Positions 25,901-39,700 are shown, numbered from the stretch's first letter. The stretch is 64,000 bases of DNA from Octopus bimaculoides (GCF_001194135.2 NC_069001.1:33832227-33896226); one strand, 5' to 3'. The notes: generated by a model not told the origin, from the sequence alone. A program made the numbers and translations.

Positions 25901-27734
25901 TCTGTCTCCACCTGTGGCAGAATGCACTCTTTATCATCTGTGCTGGCTTAGGCATGTTGGAAGTGGGTATTAATTTAGTTTTCCTTCTTCTAGATTGATT
26001 GCTTTCACCATAACTAAGGAGCTCAATCTGCCCTACGAAAATCTATTTAGCATATAGGTGCAGGCATGGCTGTGTGGCAAGAAACTTGCTTCTCAAACAC
26101 ATGGTTTTGGGTTCAGTCACACTGAGAGCTGGACTTCAGACACACATACCATTGTCTGTTCACTTTCTACAGATTCATTTTGTATGGAAGGGCACACATC
26201 ATGCACATTCACTTGCTAATCCTTCATCTGTAATGTTACTGTTTTGAGTATATTTGTATCACAAGGATTAATGTAGTAACCCTAAGGCAACCAAGAAAAA
26301 TTTTATCCTCTCCCCATTCTTCACTGACTCTTTTGAACCAGTTGAGAGAACACCTATCTTTAAGTCATCCTTGACAAGAAGTTGTTTCTCTTTTCTCAGC
26401 AGATATACAGAAAGGTCAAGCTGTCTTTTCTTTTCCTTCTCTTTTTTACACAGAATTCAGCCAGATTGGAAGCACTCCTATTCTTGTTCTGTTAATCTCA
26501 TCAAGAAGCGTGTCTTAGTTGAATGAAATCCCAAATGTGATATCTCTATTCTCCTAGGTCCCTTATATGGATTTCTTTTATTTTTATTTCTGTAATATTT
26601 TCCTTTAACAGCACACATATATCACAAGTATTTTAACTTAATTTATGACGCTACTTCTGCACATTTTAACTCAAACTTTGTTTTTTCAAAACTGTAACTG
26701 GAAATTATTTTTCCTTTATAAATTGTACCATTTGGTTTCAAATTTTGGCACAAGGCAAGTTATTTCAAGGAAGGGGTTAAGTTAATTACATCAACCCCAG
26801 TATTCAGCTGGTACTTATTTTATTGACCCTGAAAGGATGAAAGGCAAAGTCGACCTTGGCAGAATTTGAACGTAAAGATGTATGAAATGCCACTGAGCAT
26901 TTTGCCCAGCATGCTAACAATTCTGCCATCTTGTTGCCTTATTGAGACCTGTAATTACAAACTTTCAGAAGTGAACATATATTTTAATAAGCCAGAAGAG
27001 ACTTACACTACTGATACTGTGAAGAAAATAAAAGAGAACTATTGTAATCAATTTATCATCTCTGCATCTATTTGATACACATATATTTAAAGTCACTACA
27101 TGATTAGCATTACAAAGCATTTGCATATTATACTTCTGTTATCAAATATCATTTAATTAGTCACAGTTCTCTAGCTGTCATCATAGTCATTTGCAACAGT
27201 GATAGCAATATTTGCACTGTGAGTCACAACTTTTATCGCAACCTCATTAACACGTCGGAGACGTAAAGTTACAGCACTGCCAGTGGACTAATGAGAACTG
27301 TTGTCACACTGAAGTTAATTAGTCAGCTGTCGCTTGTTATGTAACAATCTGGTTAGTCAGAACAGCAATGCTTCTCTGTAATACTTGTTTTATCCCAAAT
27401 CAAATATGATTAAATGCATTCTAGCTATAATTAAATGAATTCTAGCCATAACCATTCTGCCTTTTTAAGGCTGCTTAACACAATATTATCTAATGCACCC
27501 TTTTGTTAGATAAGACAGTATAGTGCATTGTTATGAAGATTTGGCTACTATTTCTAGCAAGTAGTCTGCCTCATGGTGTCAGTCAGTCAAAACCACAATG
27601 TTAGTTTGTTATTTCTCCAGTCATTTAGAAGCTTAGTCAGTATATGGTTAGTCACTCAGAACTATTGTATAACAGTGTCATTGTTTGGCACCTCTTGTGT
27701 CCATGTTTGGTTCATCTGGTGCTTCCTTGATGCT

Positions 27735-28030
27735 TAAACCTGACATGGCTCAGAAGGCCAAGTCAGGAACAGAACAATCTCAGGCATTGATTGCATGGCA
27801 GTGTGGGTGGTGGTGGTCTTGGCTGGAATTGTTGAGCCTTGAGTTGCTTTCTTTTTGCTTCTTCTTCTGTCTTTCATCTCTCCTCAAAAGTGGAATAGCC
27901 AAAATGAATTGCTCTTCATCAGGATGTACAGTCGGTGGCTTCTGTTTTTCAGGTGTTAGGGCTAATTCCAGCTTGAAGGAGGGAAGACTTCAGCTGGTCT
28001 TTGAATCTGCGTTTACTATAGTCAGTCTGT
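27735..28030 (-). mobile_element. RTE-clade LINE 3' fragment (C-terminal region with C2H2-like motif)
   Basis: Minus translation RFKDQLKSSLLQAGISPNT*..TDCTS*..RAIHFGYSTFEER..CNQCLRLFCS*LGLLSHVRFKH matches the RTE ORF end. Confidence 0.75.
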
Positions 28031-31000
28031 TATAATTGCATGTTACTTTCTTTATTGTTTAGACTATAAAGACTATAAAGTTTAGACTATGAGGAAAAGC
28101 CATATAAGCAGACAAGATTTTACCTACAATCAAATTTTAATTGATTATAGTCTCTGAAAACCCATATGAAAATCATGCTTTAAGCCTGAAGACTAAAATG
28201 GTAATTTAAGTTAGAAATATATTTGTGCAATTAAAAGATCATTATTTTTCTCAGCTCAAGTTCTTATGTACTTACAATTGTCTGTGATACTGAAAAGATT
28301 CCCCACCCCTGGCTCAGACAGAAAAGTAAATGCAGCAACCATGACTTTTACAAGGCTTCTGTCAGTATTTGGGAGAAAGGGCGAAGGGCACCACAATTCA
28401 TGGGTAGCTGCAGTAGGAAGCAGTGCATATCTTCATAACTTCAGATTAGAGAACTGGTTGGATTGCTTGCAAATGAGTAAACTCTATAAAAGGCACCTAA
28501 GGGCCTGGGTGGTGGTGCTAAACAGGATAACAATGTAATCAGTCAGAACTGTATTGATGTCACCTTGTAGTCATGCAAAGTTTATGTCATGGTGCAATCA
28601 GTCAGTCAAAGAATAAAGAAACAGTGTGGTTGGTCAGAACTGTTGAGCTGCAGTTGCTGAAGTATTGGTTTCAAATTTTGGCACAAGGCCAGCAAGTTAT
28701 GGGGAAGGGGACTAGTTGATTATATTGACCCCAATACTAAAGTGATACTTATTTCATTGACCCCCTGCAGATATTACAAAACTGGCACTCTGTGAGTTAT
28801 GGCGACAAAGATTCCAGCTGATCCTATCAATGAAACTAATGTACAAGTGGCTGAGCACTCACAGACATCCAGACCCTTAACGTAGTTCTCAGGGAGATTC
28901 AGTGTGAAATGGAGTGGGACAAGTCTAGTTGTTTGAAATATACGTTACGACTCCTTTTCGACTGCTTAGTTGACTGGAGTAATGTGAAATAAAATATCTT
29001 GCTCAAGGGCACAGTGCCCCACCAGGGTACCGAACTGATGACCATACGACTGTGAGCTGAATGCCCTAACCACTTCACCACATGCCTTCACTGCAGGTAT
29101 TATATTCTTGTCAACACAGTTTGTCTTTCGAAGCATTAATGCTATTGTTAGTTTATCAGTCACAACCATTATCTATCCTCCATTGTGTCCAGTAAAATAC
29201 ACTTGATTCAGAACTACCAGTGAATCTAACAAGACTTTTACTTCTGTGACCATTGTTTGTCAATTGGTTCAATGGTTATCATCATCAGTCATACTTTCAG
29301 CTAATAATATATTTATACTTTTAATAAAATAAATCATTGAGGTTAATTTCCAATTAGGTATTTGAGCTCATTACAATGAAATTTATTAACACTACCAGCT
29401 TAACTATATTACTGTTAATGTGTTTCTTCCCAACGTCCATGATTCTGGAGACAATCAGCCATATGAGACCGTTTTAGTCATTGAGGCATTTTGTTGTGCA
29501 TTGCTGTGAAATTGGTGACTGTTTTCTACAGTGAGCATCACTGGATCTCACCCGTTGACTCTACGTATATATTTACACACGCACGCACGCACGCAGGTTT
29601 CTTTCAGTCCCTGTCTACCAAATCCACTCACAAGTCTTTGATCAACCTGCGGCTATAGTAGAAAATGCTTGTCCAAGGTGCCACACAATGACTGTGTAGC
29701 AAAAGCAAACTTCTTACCTCGCAGCCATTCCTGTAAATATGTGTGAATGCCGGCATTCCATGTCATATCACAGTAAAATGGTGATATGACGTTTATATTC
29801 CTTGTTGACATTAAGACTCATTACATTGCTCTTTTGAAGATCTGCAAAATAAAACATAAAAAAAACCCCACTAGGGTCACAGTGACATAACCTCATGAAG
29901 TTGCAGTCACAGTGACCAAATACTCATAACACAATATAGTTGTAACAGCATCATAAGTGAGGCCAATCACAAGTGATATTACTTAGCCTCAATAATTGAT
30001 AAAACAGTACGACCATAATTGATCCGCTGTATTTCATGGCTTAGCTTATTACTGTCAATTAATCACAAATTTTACATCACTGACTATGGCTAATCAATAT
30101 AAATATTAGGTATTTGTAATTATCATTGGAAGTGGAATGCAAATACAAGAATGCTTCTACGTATATTTCTTTGATTATGTTCATGGAAAGCTATTTATTT
30201 AATGAGATAAGTCATAAAGAACTCATTAAAATGTTGAAAAATATTAATCTAGATGGAAAAGCATTGCTGTATGGTTAAGAAGCTTGCTCTACAACCACAT
30301 GGTTATGGGTTCAGTCCCACTATGCAGCACACTGTTGAGCCAAGTGTCTTCTGTTATAGTCCCAGGCCGATCAATGCCTCGTGGGGAATTTCATGGATAG
30401 AAACTGTATGAAGCCTATTATGTGTGTTTGTGTGTATTCTTTTATTCTTTTACTTGTTTTAGTCATTTGACTGGGGCCATGCTGGAGCACTGCCTTGAAG
30501 GATTTTAGCCGAAACAAATTGACCCCAAGACTTATTTCAAGCCTAATATTTATTCTATTGGGCACTTTCACCAAACTGCTAAGTTATGGGGATGTAAACG
30601 CACCAACACTGGTTGTCAAGCAGTGGTGGGTGGGAGACAAACACACACACACATACACACACATATATATACAAGATACGGGGGTTTAGTTCACAAGTGA
30701 TCTAAACTACTAGTTATGCTAGGTAAGTGCTGTAATGCAGGGTTGCACCTAAAGACTTATGGACTTTTACACAATTGGAAAGTAGAACTGTGAACTTTTA
30801 TGCCTTTTTACTCTTTCTTTATCTCCTTATTCCTTTATTCCTGTCCTCTGTGTCGTCATTTCATTAATCTATACCCTTCTCATTTTCCCTATTTGTCACT
30901 GATGACACAATATCCCATACTTTGGGATATCCCAGAAACAGCTGTAAGACTTTGAATTTTTTTTCCAATAATAATAATGTATATGACTTGAGATATTTGC

Positions 31001-31045
31001 CTTGCCTTAATGTTTGTTATCCTCTTTAACAATTATATATATATA

Positions 31046-31508
31046 NNNNNNNNNNNNNNNNNNNNNNNNNNNNNNNNNNNNNNNNNNNNNNNNNNNNNNN
31101 NNNNNNNNNNNNNNNNNNNNNNNNNNNNNNNNNNNNNNNNNNNNNNNNNNNNNNNNNNNNNNNNNNNNNNNNNNNNNNNNNNNNNNNNNNNNNNNNNNNN
31201 NNNNNNNNNNNNNNNNNNNNNNNNNNNNNNNNNNNNNNNNNNNNNNNNNNNNNNNNNNNNNNNNNNNNNNNNNNNNNNNNNNNNNNNNNNNNNNNNNNNN
31301 NNNNNNNNNNNNNNNNNNNNNNNNNNNNNNNNNNNNNNNNNNNNNNNNNNNNNNNNNNNNNNNNNNNNNNNNNNNNNNNNNNNNNNNNNNNNNNNNNNNN
31401 NNNNNNNNNNNNNNNNNNNNNNNNNNNNNNNNNNNNNNNNNNNNNNNNNNNNNNNNNNNNNNNNNNNNNNNNNNNNNNNNNNNNNNNNNNNNNNNNNNNN
31501 NNNNNNNN
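31046..31508. other. Assembly gap (N run)
   Basis: N run between microsatellites. Confidence 1.
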
Positions 31509-31597
<89 letters not shown>

Positions 31598-31814
31598 GTT
31601 TACATCCCCATAGCTTGTGGGTTGGGTAAAGGAGACTGAGAGAATAAATATCAGGCTTCAGGAGAAGAAAGAAAAAAAGTCCCGTGGTCAATTTGTTTAA
31701 CTAAACTACTTAAGGTGGTGGCCCCAGCATGGCCACAGTCTAATGACTGAAACGTAGATAAAAGAAACATATAATGGCAACAAACAGCAGCAATCAGAAC
31801 TAGAAATGAAATAG

Positions 31815-32340
31815 GACACTGAGAAGATCAAGAGAGAAGTATGACAAGCGTGTGTCTCCTCACTGGGCCTGTTTTTATTATACAGTGGAGTATTTAAGCA
31901 ATATCCATTAAGCAGATAACACAGTCTTCATAACAGCAATAGAAAAAGACCTGCAAACATTAGTTAGTACCATTTATAATTGAGAGTGGAATAAGTTGAT
32001 AGCTTTGAATATATGTGAGCCATTGTTGTATCAGATGGTGGTGGTGATGGTGTTTGGAAATCATTAAAGAAATTACATTAAATGTAGCCCAAGGCTGCTT
32101 TTGGTGAAATCAAACATACAATGAAATAAATGGTTATCTGTAAAAGTGAGAGAAAGAGTCCTAAGGGCATATGCAGTATTCATTTCTGTGTATGGCTGTG
32201 TGATCTACAGCATCAACAAACAAGCATGGAAGCTTATCAATACTGCAGAGATGTGTTTCCTTAAATGAATGCTGAGGGTGTCCTATATAGACTGTGACAT
32301 ACATGGAAATTCTTGGATGAGCAGAGCAGTGCTGTCTTAA
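31815..32340 (+). mobile_element. RTE-clade LINE reverse-transcriptase relic
   Basis: Decayed KIKR..RQ.CVSPH.F.LY, DNTVFITAIEKDLQTL and VYGCVIYSINKQAWKLINTAEMCFLK*MLRVSY blocks. Confidence 0.65.
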
Positions 32341-33829
32341 CTCTTTAGCACTGGAACTGGCCATCATCATCATCATCAGTTAACATAGGCGCAGGAGTGG
32401 CTGTGTGGTTAGTAGCTTGTTTACCAACCACATGGTTCCGGGTTCAGTCCCACTGCGTGGCATCTTAGGCAAGTATCTTCTTGCCTGGGATAATGTATAG
32501 TCAATTCAAAACAATGTGAATAAATGAGTAGAACATTTGACAGAATAATATGAATGCTAAAGGACTTGAAGGGTTTAGGGGCTCAGTTTTGATATATATA
32601 GGCTGTGACTTACTATCAATAAATAAATACTATAGGGCTCAGTGCATTGATTTGTCATGGGTGTGGGCTATAAGTCTGCTAATATGGTGTGGAATTTACT
32701 TAACATAGGAGACAACTGTTAAAGTTATTTGGATACTATATGAAAAGTGAAAGCCTTGAACACTTGGTGATAAGCAGGAAGCTGAAAGGCAGATATTTGA
32801 TAGACTTACCAGCTGACCAACCCAATGTGCTAAACAGTGTGTGAGACAGGAAGGTATGAAGGTCTATGATTATCAATGCCTGTAGACATGGCACATGGAG
32901 AGAGAGAGAGAGAGAGAGATAGAGTGAGAGAGAGAGAGAGAGAGAGTGAGAGAGAGAGAGAGAGATAGAGAGAGAGATAGAGTGAGAGAGAGAGAGAAAG
33001 ACAGAGAATCATCAATCATGAGTTTAATTTATTGTAAGGGTAGTACATGACAGCCACCAGGTTCTCATGTACATTTTAAATTACAAGGGGAATTGTAATA
33101 ATTACATCATGTTATGATTGTTCAGCTGTGACCGCAAGTTTGTGATGTTAGGTCGCTGTGTTGTAACTCTTAACCTGTTGTGACTGCAATGTTAAGACTT
33201 ATAAGTAATTGTGATTGCACTGTTATGACTTCAGTCATTTTAACCACAGTCATGACTGATTATTGATATTGTATTCAATAGATTACAAAAACCCAATTGT
33301 CTTGAAAATATTGAGATAAGGCATTTTTATTATTATTATTATTATTGAGTGAGAGAGAAGCACATGTCATCAAAGTGACGCTGGGGTAAAATATACAAAG
33401 CCTGATATACCTATTATGACTCCCCGTCTGATGTTATTATGACCTTGTTATGTAAATAACCACAGTCACAACTTGATATATTACATCATGGTATCACAGT
33501 GCTTATTTTTTTATTGTCCACAGGGGACTAAACATAGAGGGGATGTATTGATTGAAATAGAAGGAATATATTGACTATCACTGTACAAATGTCAAAAAAT
33601 GGTATAAAAAATGCTATCTACCTTTTTCTAAAATAACAAATTACATCTTTTCGAATTTTTTAATGAATAAATTCTTTCTCTAGAACAGTTACTTCATTTA
33701 ATGTCCAATTAAAATCAGGGCCGTGGAGGTTGTCTATAAAATACAGGTATGGGTTCTGTGATTTTTTTTTTTTTTTGAAAATTGTTAAAGAGCTGTACAA
33801 AAAGAATTAGTTTGAGAACCAGTGATTTA

Positions 33830-34010
33830 GGGAGTGGGGGGTCAATAATCATAGACCTTACATGTGGTTGATTTACAGGCAGGTGTCTGATAAAGAGGGA
33901 ATTCCAGAGAGGTACAGTTGCAGTGGAGAAAATTCTGAGTGATGTGTATTGAAGATTTTGGAGGGTGAAACACAGCATGAGTGGCAAAAGGAGAGGTAGG
34001 TGCATTGAAT
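33830..34010 (-). mobile_element. Possible CR1/L2-group LINE 3' relic
   Basis: Minus frame contains YTSLRIFSTATVPLWNSL, similar to the SFF..T..LWNSL end motif. Confidence 0.4.
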
Positions 34011-37000
34011 AACTTGAAGTGGGTCGTACACAAATAGCTACTTCAGACAAGCTTGAACTGTTTTAGAAATGCTAGAGATGGAAGAAGAATACAGTTCATC
34101 TGTGTGCTAATGGTTGTAATGTGCTAGCAAGTGAAATTTTGCCAATCTGATAGCTGACTAATTTATACAATCTACTGGACTAAATTCATTGAAGTATTTA
34201 GTCTCATTTTCATCAGAATTTAAATTCTGCCATATCGACTTTTCCTTTCATCTTTTCGAGGGTCGATAAATGCATGTGAAAACACAAACTGTTCTTGTGT
34301 AAAGTTAAAAGAAATGGATAGTAATATCAAGGTATGAATCAGGTTTTAGAAAACATGCTGTGACTGTAGCAAAACACTGTGGATTAATTTTTATCAATAA
34401 TAATGAACAAAGAGAAAAGAATTTGGTTATGAAGAAATCTCTAGACATAAACATGAGTGTAAAGATGATAGAGAGAACAGGAAGGTTGCAGTGTTTAGGC
34501 TCTGTTTGCATGTGTGTGTACGTGTCTACATGGAACATAAGATAGTAAAATGTTACACATGATAATAAAATGAGATACAGGAACATTTTCTTAAGTCGTC
34601 TGACCTGCTAGAAATAGCAGTCAAATCTTGCTAAAACCACATCCAATCATCTTAGAAAGAACACACAGGATAATGTAGTCTAGGGTATTCTGTGAATGAA
34701 AAAAAAAAATGATGAAATGGTTGTATTTAGAATGCTTTTGATCAAAATTAGGCTCAGTTAGGGCTGATTTGGGGCTGAACTAAACATGGGTATTAAAATC
34801 AAGAGGACTTGTGTAGGCCTGCTGTAACTTGTATAAAGAACAGAAGAGGTAAACTGAAAAAGTGGTTGGTTACTAAAAACATCAGTTAATGTATGCAGGA
34901 GAGATAACTGGTGAGGGTTTTTGAATATTTAAGTACAGGTTGATGAAATACTGTGTAAGGACAGAGAAATTACCTGTGTCAGACAAAGACCAAGCCAAAG
35001 ATAAGGAAAAATGTTTGATCTTTTGATGTTGAGCACCACAAAAAATGATTACATAAGACTAAATGAATGATAATAAACCTCATAGTATTTTTCTTCACAC
35101 AGACAGACAGACAAACACACACACACACACACACAAAAACACACACTCACTCACCCCCATCTCCCTCTCTCTTTCTCTCTTTCTCTCTCTCACACACACA
35201 AGTGCTGGAAGGTGACTATAAAATTATATACATGAATGGGAGTCTGCATATTCTTTGTCTATACATGTGCATGCATTCTTGCTCAATACTAGTGTACATA
35301 ATTAGTGAAACCAGTTTCAAGTAATACACCTGTTATCTTTTGACAGACAGAAATCTTCATATTACATTCTTTGTTACATCTTCTCTTCTTCTGCCTTAAA
35401 AAGCTGCAAAAACTAAGAAGAAATTGATACAGTCTTAACTGTAACTGTTTGTCTTAATGTCTTAATCCATGAAAGCTGCCATGTTTCAAAGCAGATTAAG
35501 AACTTTTGAATGTGGACCTGCAGTGTTGCAGAAGATAAGAACATCTATCATGCACAGTTGGGAGATCTTCTGAAACAATAGAGCTTAACACTGGATTGCA
35601 AACAAAACATTAGCAGCTGAGGGTTGTGGGAGAATAGTCAGTGGTTGAAATAGGTTAGTTTAATTTCCCACTCTAAACCCACGTATTCCCATCATCTCTT
35701 CTCTTCTCCCCCTCCCCCATCTAGTCAGTGTAAGTTAATTGCTTTTATCCTATTGATTGCCAATTTTCTAATCCCATTTAATTCTAAATGTTATCAAGAT
35801 AATGCTAGATAATCTGGAGCTAAGCTTCAATAGAAAAATAATAATTTTGTAAATATTTGTGCAAAGTTAAAATTAATCTGTTTAATTCGTGTATGTGTGT
35901 GTGTTTGTGTGTGTTTGTGTGTATGATGAAAATTCCTTGAGGAATTAAGTGTTATGCAAAGTGTTAATGATTCTGTTTGATCTTTGTTACTTTTGTTTGT
36001 TTATCTCGTTGTTGTCAAACATCATCAAAAAAAAAAAAAATGAAACCTCTCACTTGTAAATCCCAAACACCTAGAAAGTTGATGACAATAATGATCATGT
36101 CTTTGATGATTCATTTGTATTTGTTCCAAAACATTGGTTACAATGGTCTTTGGAAACCCAAGCGGAGAATTTTGGTACTTTGGCAACATAATGTTGATAA
36201 ACTTGCATTTATAGAAATTAGAGGTTTGATAAAATAAAGTTTGTTTTTTCCCTCCTTTTTATATTTTCAATGCTTATTAACCCTTGGAGCCTGGTGTAGC
36301 CATCTGGTTCATCAGTCCTCAGTCAAATCGTCCAACCTATGCTAGCATGGAAAGCGGACGTTAAACGATGATGATGATGATTACCAACCTGACTGAATTC
36401 AGCTCTGGCTCTGAGAACAAACGTCTTGTTTCCATAAGTTTTGAATTAATATCTTCCACCAAACCTTAGTCACAACTTATGTTCCTAACACTAGCTGAAT
36501 GATAACTAAGTTATTTTACTAAATTCTTTGTTATATTTAAAGTAGTTGAAAGAAACACGGAGCATCTCAAAATAAATACAGTAACAAAAGGGTTAAGATG
36601 TTGAGCCGGCTGAGTTATTAGCAAGTTGGGACCAATTTTGGTGGCCTTTAATCCATCTTTATACAACTGAGCACTGGGGTCAATGCAATCAACTTACCCC
36701 TCCCCTAAAATTTGCTGGCCTTGTGCCAAAATTTGAAACTATTATTTTCAATGCTTATTGAAATAAATACAAAAACTACAATTACGTTAGTTCATATGAA
36801 AGTTATTACTTGTATATGTGGAGAATTTTGTATAAACTTTGTTAGTCTACACATGCAAATGAATGGCTGTTATGCATCAATAAAATGTTGTTTCATAATA
36901 TTATAGGTATAATGAGAACGTTCATGCATATATCCTTACATAAATACATTTACAAACAACACCTGCATATATTTCAAAGCACAATAACTGTGATGGTCTG

Positions 37001-37344
37001 GTGTTGGGCTGCTGATCACATGGCCCTGAGTTCTAATTGTACTTACAGTCATTATTCTTTCACAAAAACGAGTTTCTGTCTTCCTTTATTGTTGAGTAAT
37101 TAGTGACAGCAATGGCATTCCTTTTACATAAACCACCACAACTGCTTGTATATAATGATTGAGAGAATTATTTGTTTAGTAATATCAATGAATATGATTT
37201 TCTATCATAGCTAAATTGTGTTGAATCACCCCAGAGAGCATTCACTAAAAAAAAACTAAGGGTATGATTGATCTTGATTATTGGGACCACTTTAAAACAT
37301 TGAATATTTATTCTCTCCAGAATGTTAATGTACCAATTTCTCTT

Positions 37345-37494
37345 TTCTTTTACTTGTTTCAGTCATTCAACTGTGGTCATGCTGGAGCACTGCCTTGAAT
37401 TTTAGTTGAATGAAATGACCCCTGTGCTTGTTAATTTTTTAAAGCCTGGTACATATTCTATCTCTTTTGCCAAACTACTAAGTTATGGAGATGT

Positions 37495-37535
<41 letters not shown>

Positions 37536-37735
37536 TGTGCGTGTCTATATATATAATATATTACACGTATACACATCAACCTTTCAGTTTCTGTTAATAA
37601 AATTCACTCACAAAGCTTTTGCTGACCCTGGACTATAGTAGAAGACACATGCCCAAAGTGCCACACAGTGGGATTGAACTCAGAACATTGTGATTGGGAA
37701 ACAAACTTCTTACCACACAGCCATTTCTGCACCTA
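37345..37735 (-). mobile_element. Full-length SINE family A copy next to the hammerhead pair
   Basis: Reverse complement of the family A layout, with a (CA)n expansion. Confidence 0.8.
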
Positions 37736-37827
37736 TATTGAAGCTGTAGTAAATAATATTTTTTGTAATACTCATTATTTACATTATTTACATTTGAAAG
37801 ATATTTGTCCTCATCTTGTTTGTTGTT

Positions 37828-37873
37828 AACACAATGTTTTGGCTGATATACCCTCCAGCCTTCATCAGGTGTC
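37828..37873 (-). ncRNA. Minimal Type I hammerhead ribozyme motif (Penelope-type), copy A; core mutated (GAAA>AAAA, ACGU>ACAU)
   Basis: Minus strand reads gacac-ctgatga-a-ggctg-gagggtatat-cagcc-aaaacat-t-gtgtt. Stem I (GACAC/GUGUU) and stem II (GGCUG/CAGCC) pair, and the CUGAUGA box is intact. Confidence 0.7.
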
Positions 37874-38041
37874 TTGGGGAAATTTCGAACCTGGGTTCTC
37901 ATTCCTAAGGTATTTTTCGATATTATTATTATTATTATCATTATTCCGGAATAATAATATACCTGGAATTGAACTCATAATAATAATAATAACATCGAAA
38001 AATACCTTAGGAATGAGAACCCAGGTTCGAAATTTCCCCAA

Positions 38042-38087
38042 GACACCTGAAGAAGGCTGGAGGGTATATCAGCCAAAACATTGTGTT
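38042..38087 (+). ncRNA. Minimal Type I hammerhead ribozyme motif, copy B; core mutated (GAAA>AAAA, ACGU>ACAU)
   Basis: gacac-ctgaaga-a-ggctg-gagggtatat-cagcc-aaaacat-t-gtgtt; same stems as copy A, CUGAAGA box. Confidence 0.7.
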
Positions 38088-39700
38088 AACAACAAACAAG
38101 ATGAAGACAAATATCCGTCAGATGTAAATAATGTACATAATTCCTTATCTCTTAAGTATAGAACTGTATACTCATTACTGTTGAACATCTTCTAAAGGAG
38201 TGAACCTCCACATCTACCTTTTGAAGGAAGATGATTTGATTAGATAATCTCTAATATTCTGCACTAAATCTCCACGGAGGATTTATGAAATAAATACCAG
38301 TAAGATAACATAGTTTATACAGTTGAATACACATCTTGCTATTAGAAAATTAACCCTGAACTCTTCTGGTTTGACACACAAAAATGCCATCTTACAAAGG
38401 TTCAACACACTTGTATTAAAGACAATAAAATATCAGTTATTTTGTGAAAAAGAGCCAAAATGGTACTTTGTTTCATAAAGTGTCAATAAGCTATATGTTA
38501 GAGATAAAGTAATAAATGTTATAACTTGTCCTGTTCAATGGTTTTTATTGGTCTTGACTATTCGACAGACACGCATTAATGCCCATAAATGCATGCAACT
38601 GTATAAATGTGAGCAAGAAAAATACATTTGTTCTCCATCACAAACACTACATGGGTTTGAAAATCTATTTGATAATTATCTGAATACTGGATGAGTTATA
38701 TAAATATTTTATGTCGATTCAATCAAACTAGACATGATAGCCAATAGACACTTAATTGTTTTATCTTAACTTTCTTTTTTTATTTATGTTCATTTACTTT
38801 TTCTATTTTCAAAAACAAAAGAGATTTATTACTATCAAGCTGTTACATTATTATTATTATTATTATATATTTAAATTTTTTTTTTGTTATGCAGAACATT
38901 CTTTGCTTAGCTTATAATTGTCATATTCTAAAAACAGATTTGTTAGCTTGCTAGTCATACTTCATATCCTGGTATCGTTTGTTCAACAGCAACCAAAGAT
39001 TAGTCATAGATCGGATCATAGCTTTCGTATATATGTTAGCTGCTATCCACTATATCAATTACTAATTTATCAATCACTGTTCTCAACAAGATATGAGGTG
39101 TAAATTGTTGTCTCCAGTTATTTGCCAAAACACACTCATCATCATCATCCCCATCATCATTTAACATCTGTTTTCCATGCTGGCATGGGTTGGACAATAT
39201 CACAGGAACTGGCAAACCAGAGAGCTACTCCAGGTACCAGTTGTCTGTTTTGACACGATTCTTACTGCTGGATGTTCTTCTTAATGCCAACTACTTTACA
39301 AAGTGTACTAGATGGTTTTTTTTTTATGATATCAGCATGGGAGCTTTCTATGTGTTACCAGCACAAGTGCTTTTTATGCAGCGCATTCTAATTTAGTTAG
39401 CGGTTATTTTATCTTGAGGTTTGGTCTCCTCGAATCTCAAGAATCTTTCTTGGGATTCTTGTAGATTATCATTACCATTTTTTTTATTAAGGTGTCAAGC
39501 TGGCAGAATTGTTAGAACACTGGGTGAAATGCTTAGTGGTATTTCATCTGTCTGCGCGTTTTGAGTTCACATTCCGCCGTGGTTGACTTTGCCTTTCATC
39601 CTTTCAGTGTCAATTAATTAAGTACCAGTTGAGTACTGAGGTCGATGTAATCGATATCCCCCTCCCCCAAATTTCAGGCCTTGTGCCTTTAGTAGAAAGG

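Larger units (their letters stand above)
37775..38170. mobile_element. Head-to-head inverted pair of hammerhead-bearing short elements (about 170-bp near-identical arms, (TTA)n/(TAA)n linkers)
   Basis: 37775-37945 is the reverse complement of about 37975-38140. The centre carries cctggaattgaactc (reverse complement gagttcaattccagg, B-box-like). Confidence 0.85.

Noticed and set aside
27685-28035. 116-aa plus-strand ORF
   Set aside because: Antisense shadow of the RTE LINE 3' fragment on the minus strand.
31010-31691. ORFs of about 200 aa (also 12947-13351 and 21077-21607)
   Set aside because: They run through N gaps and (TG)n repeats.
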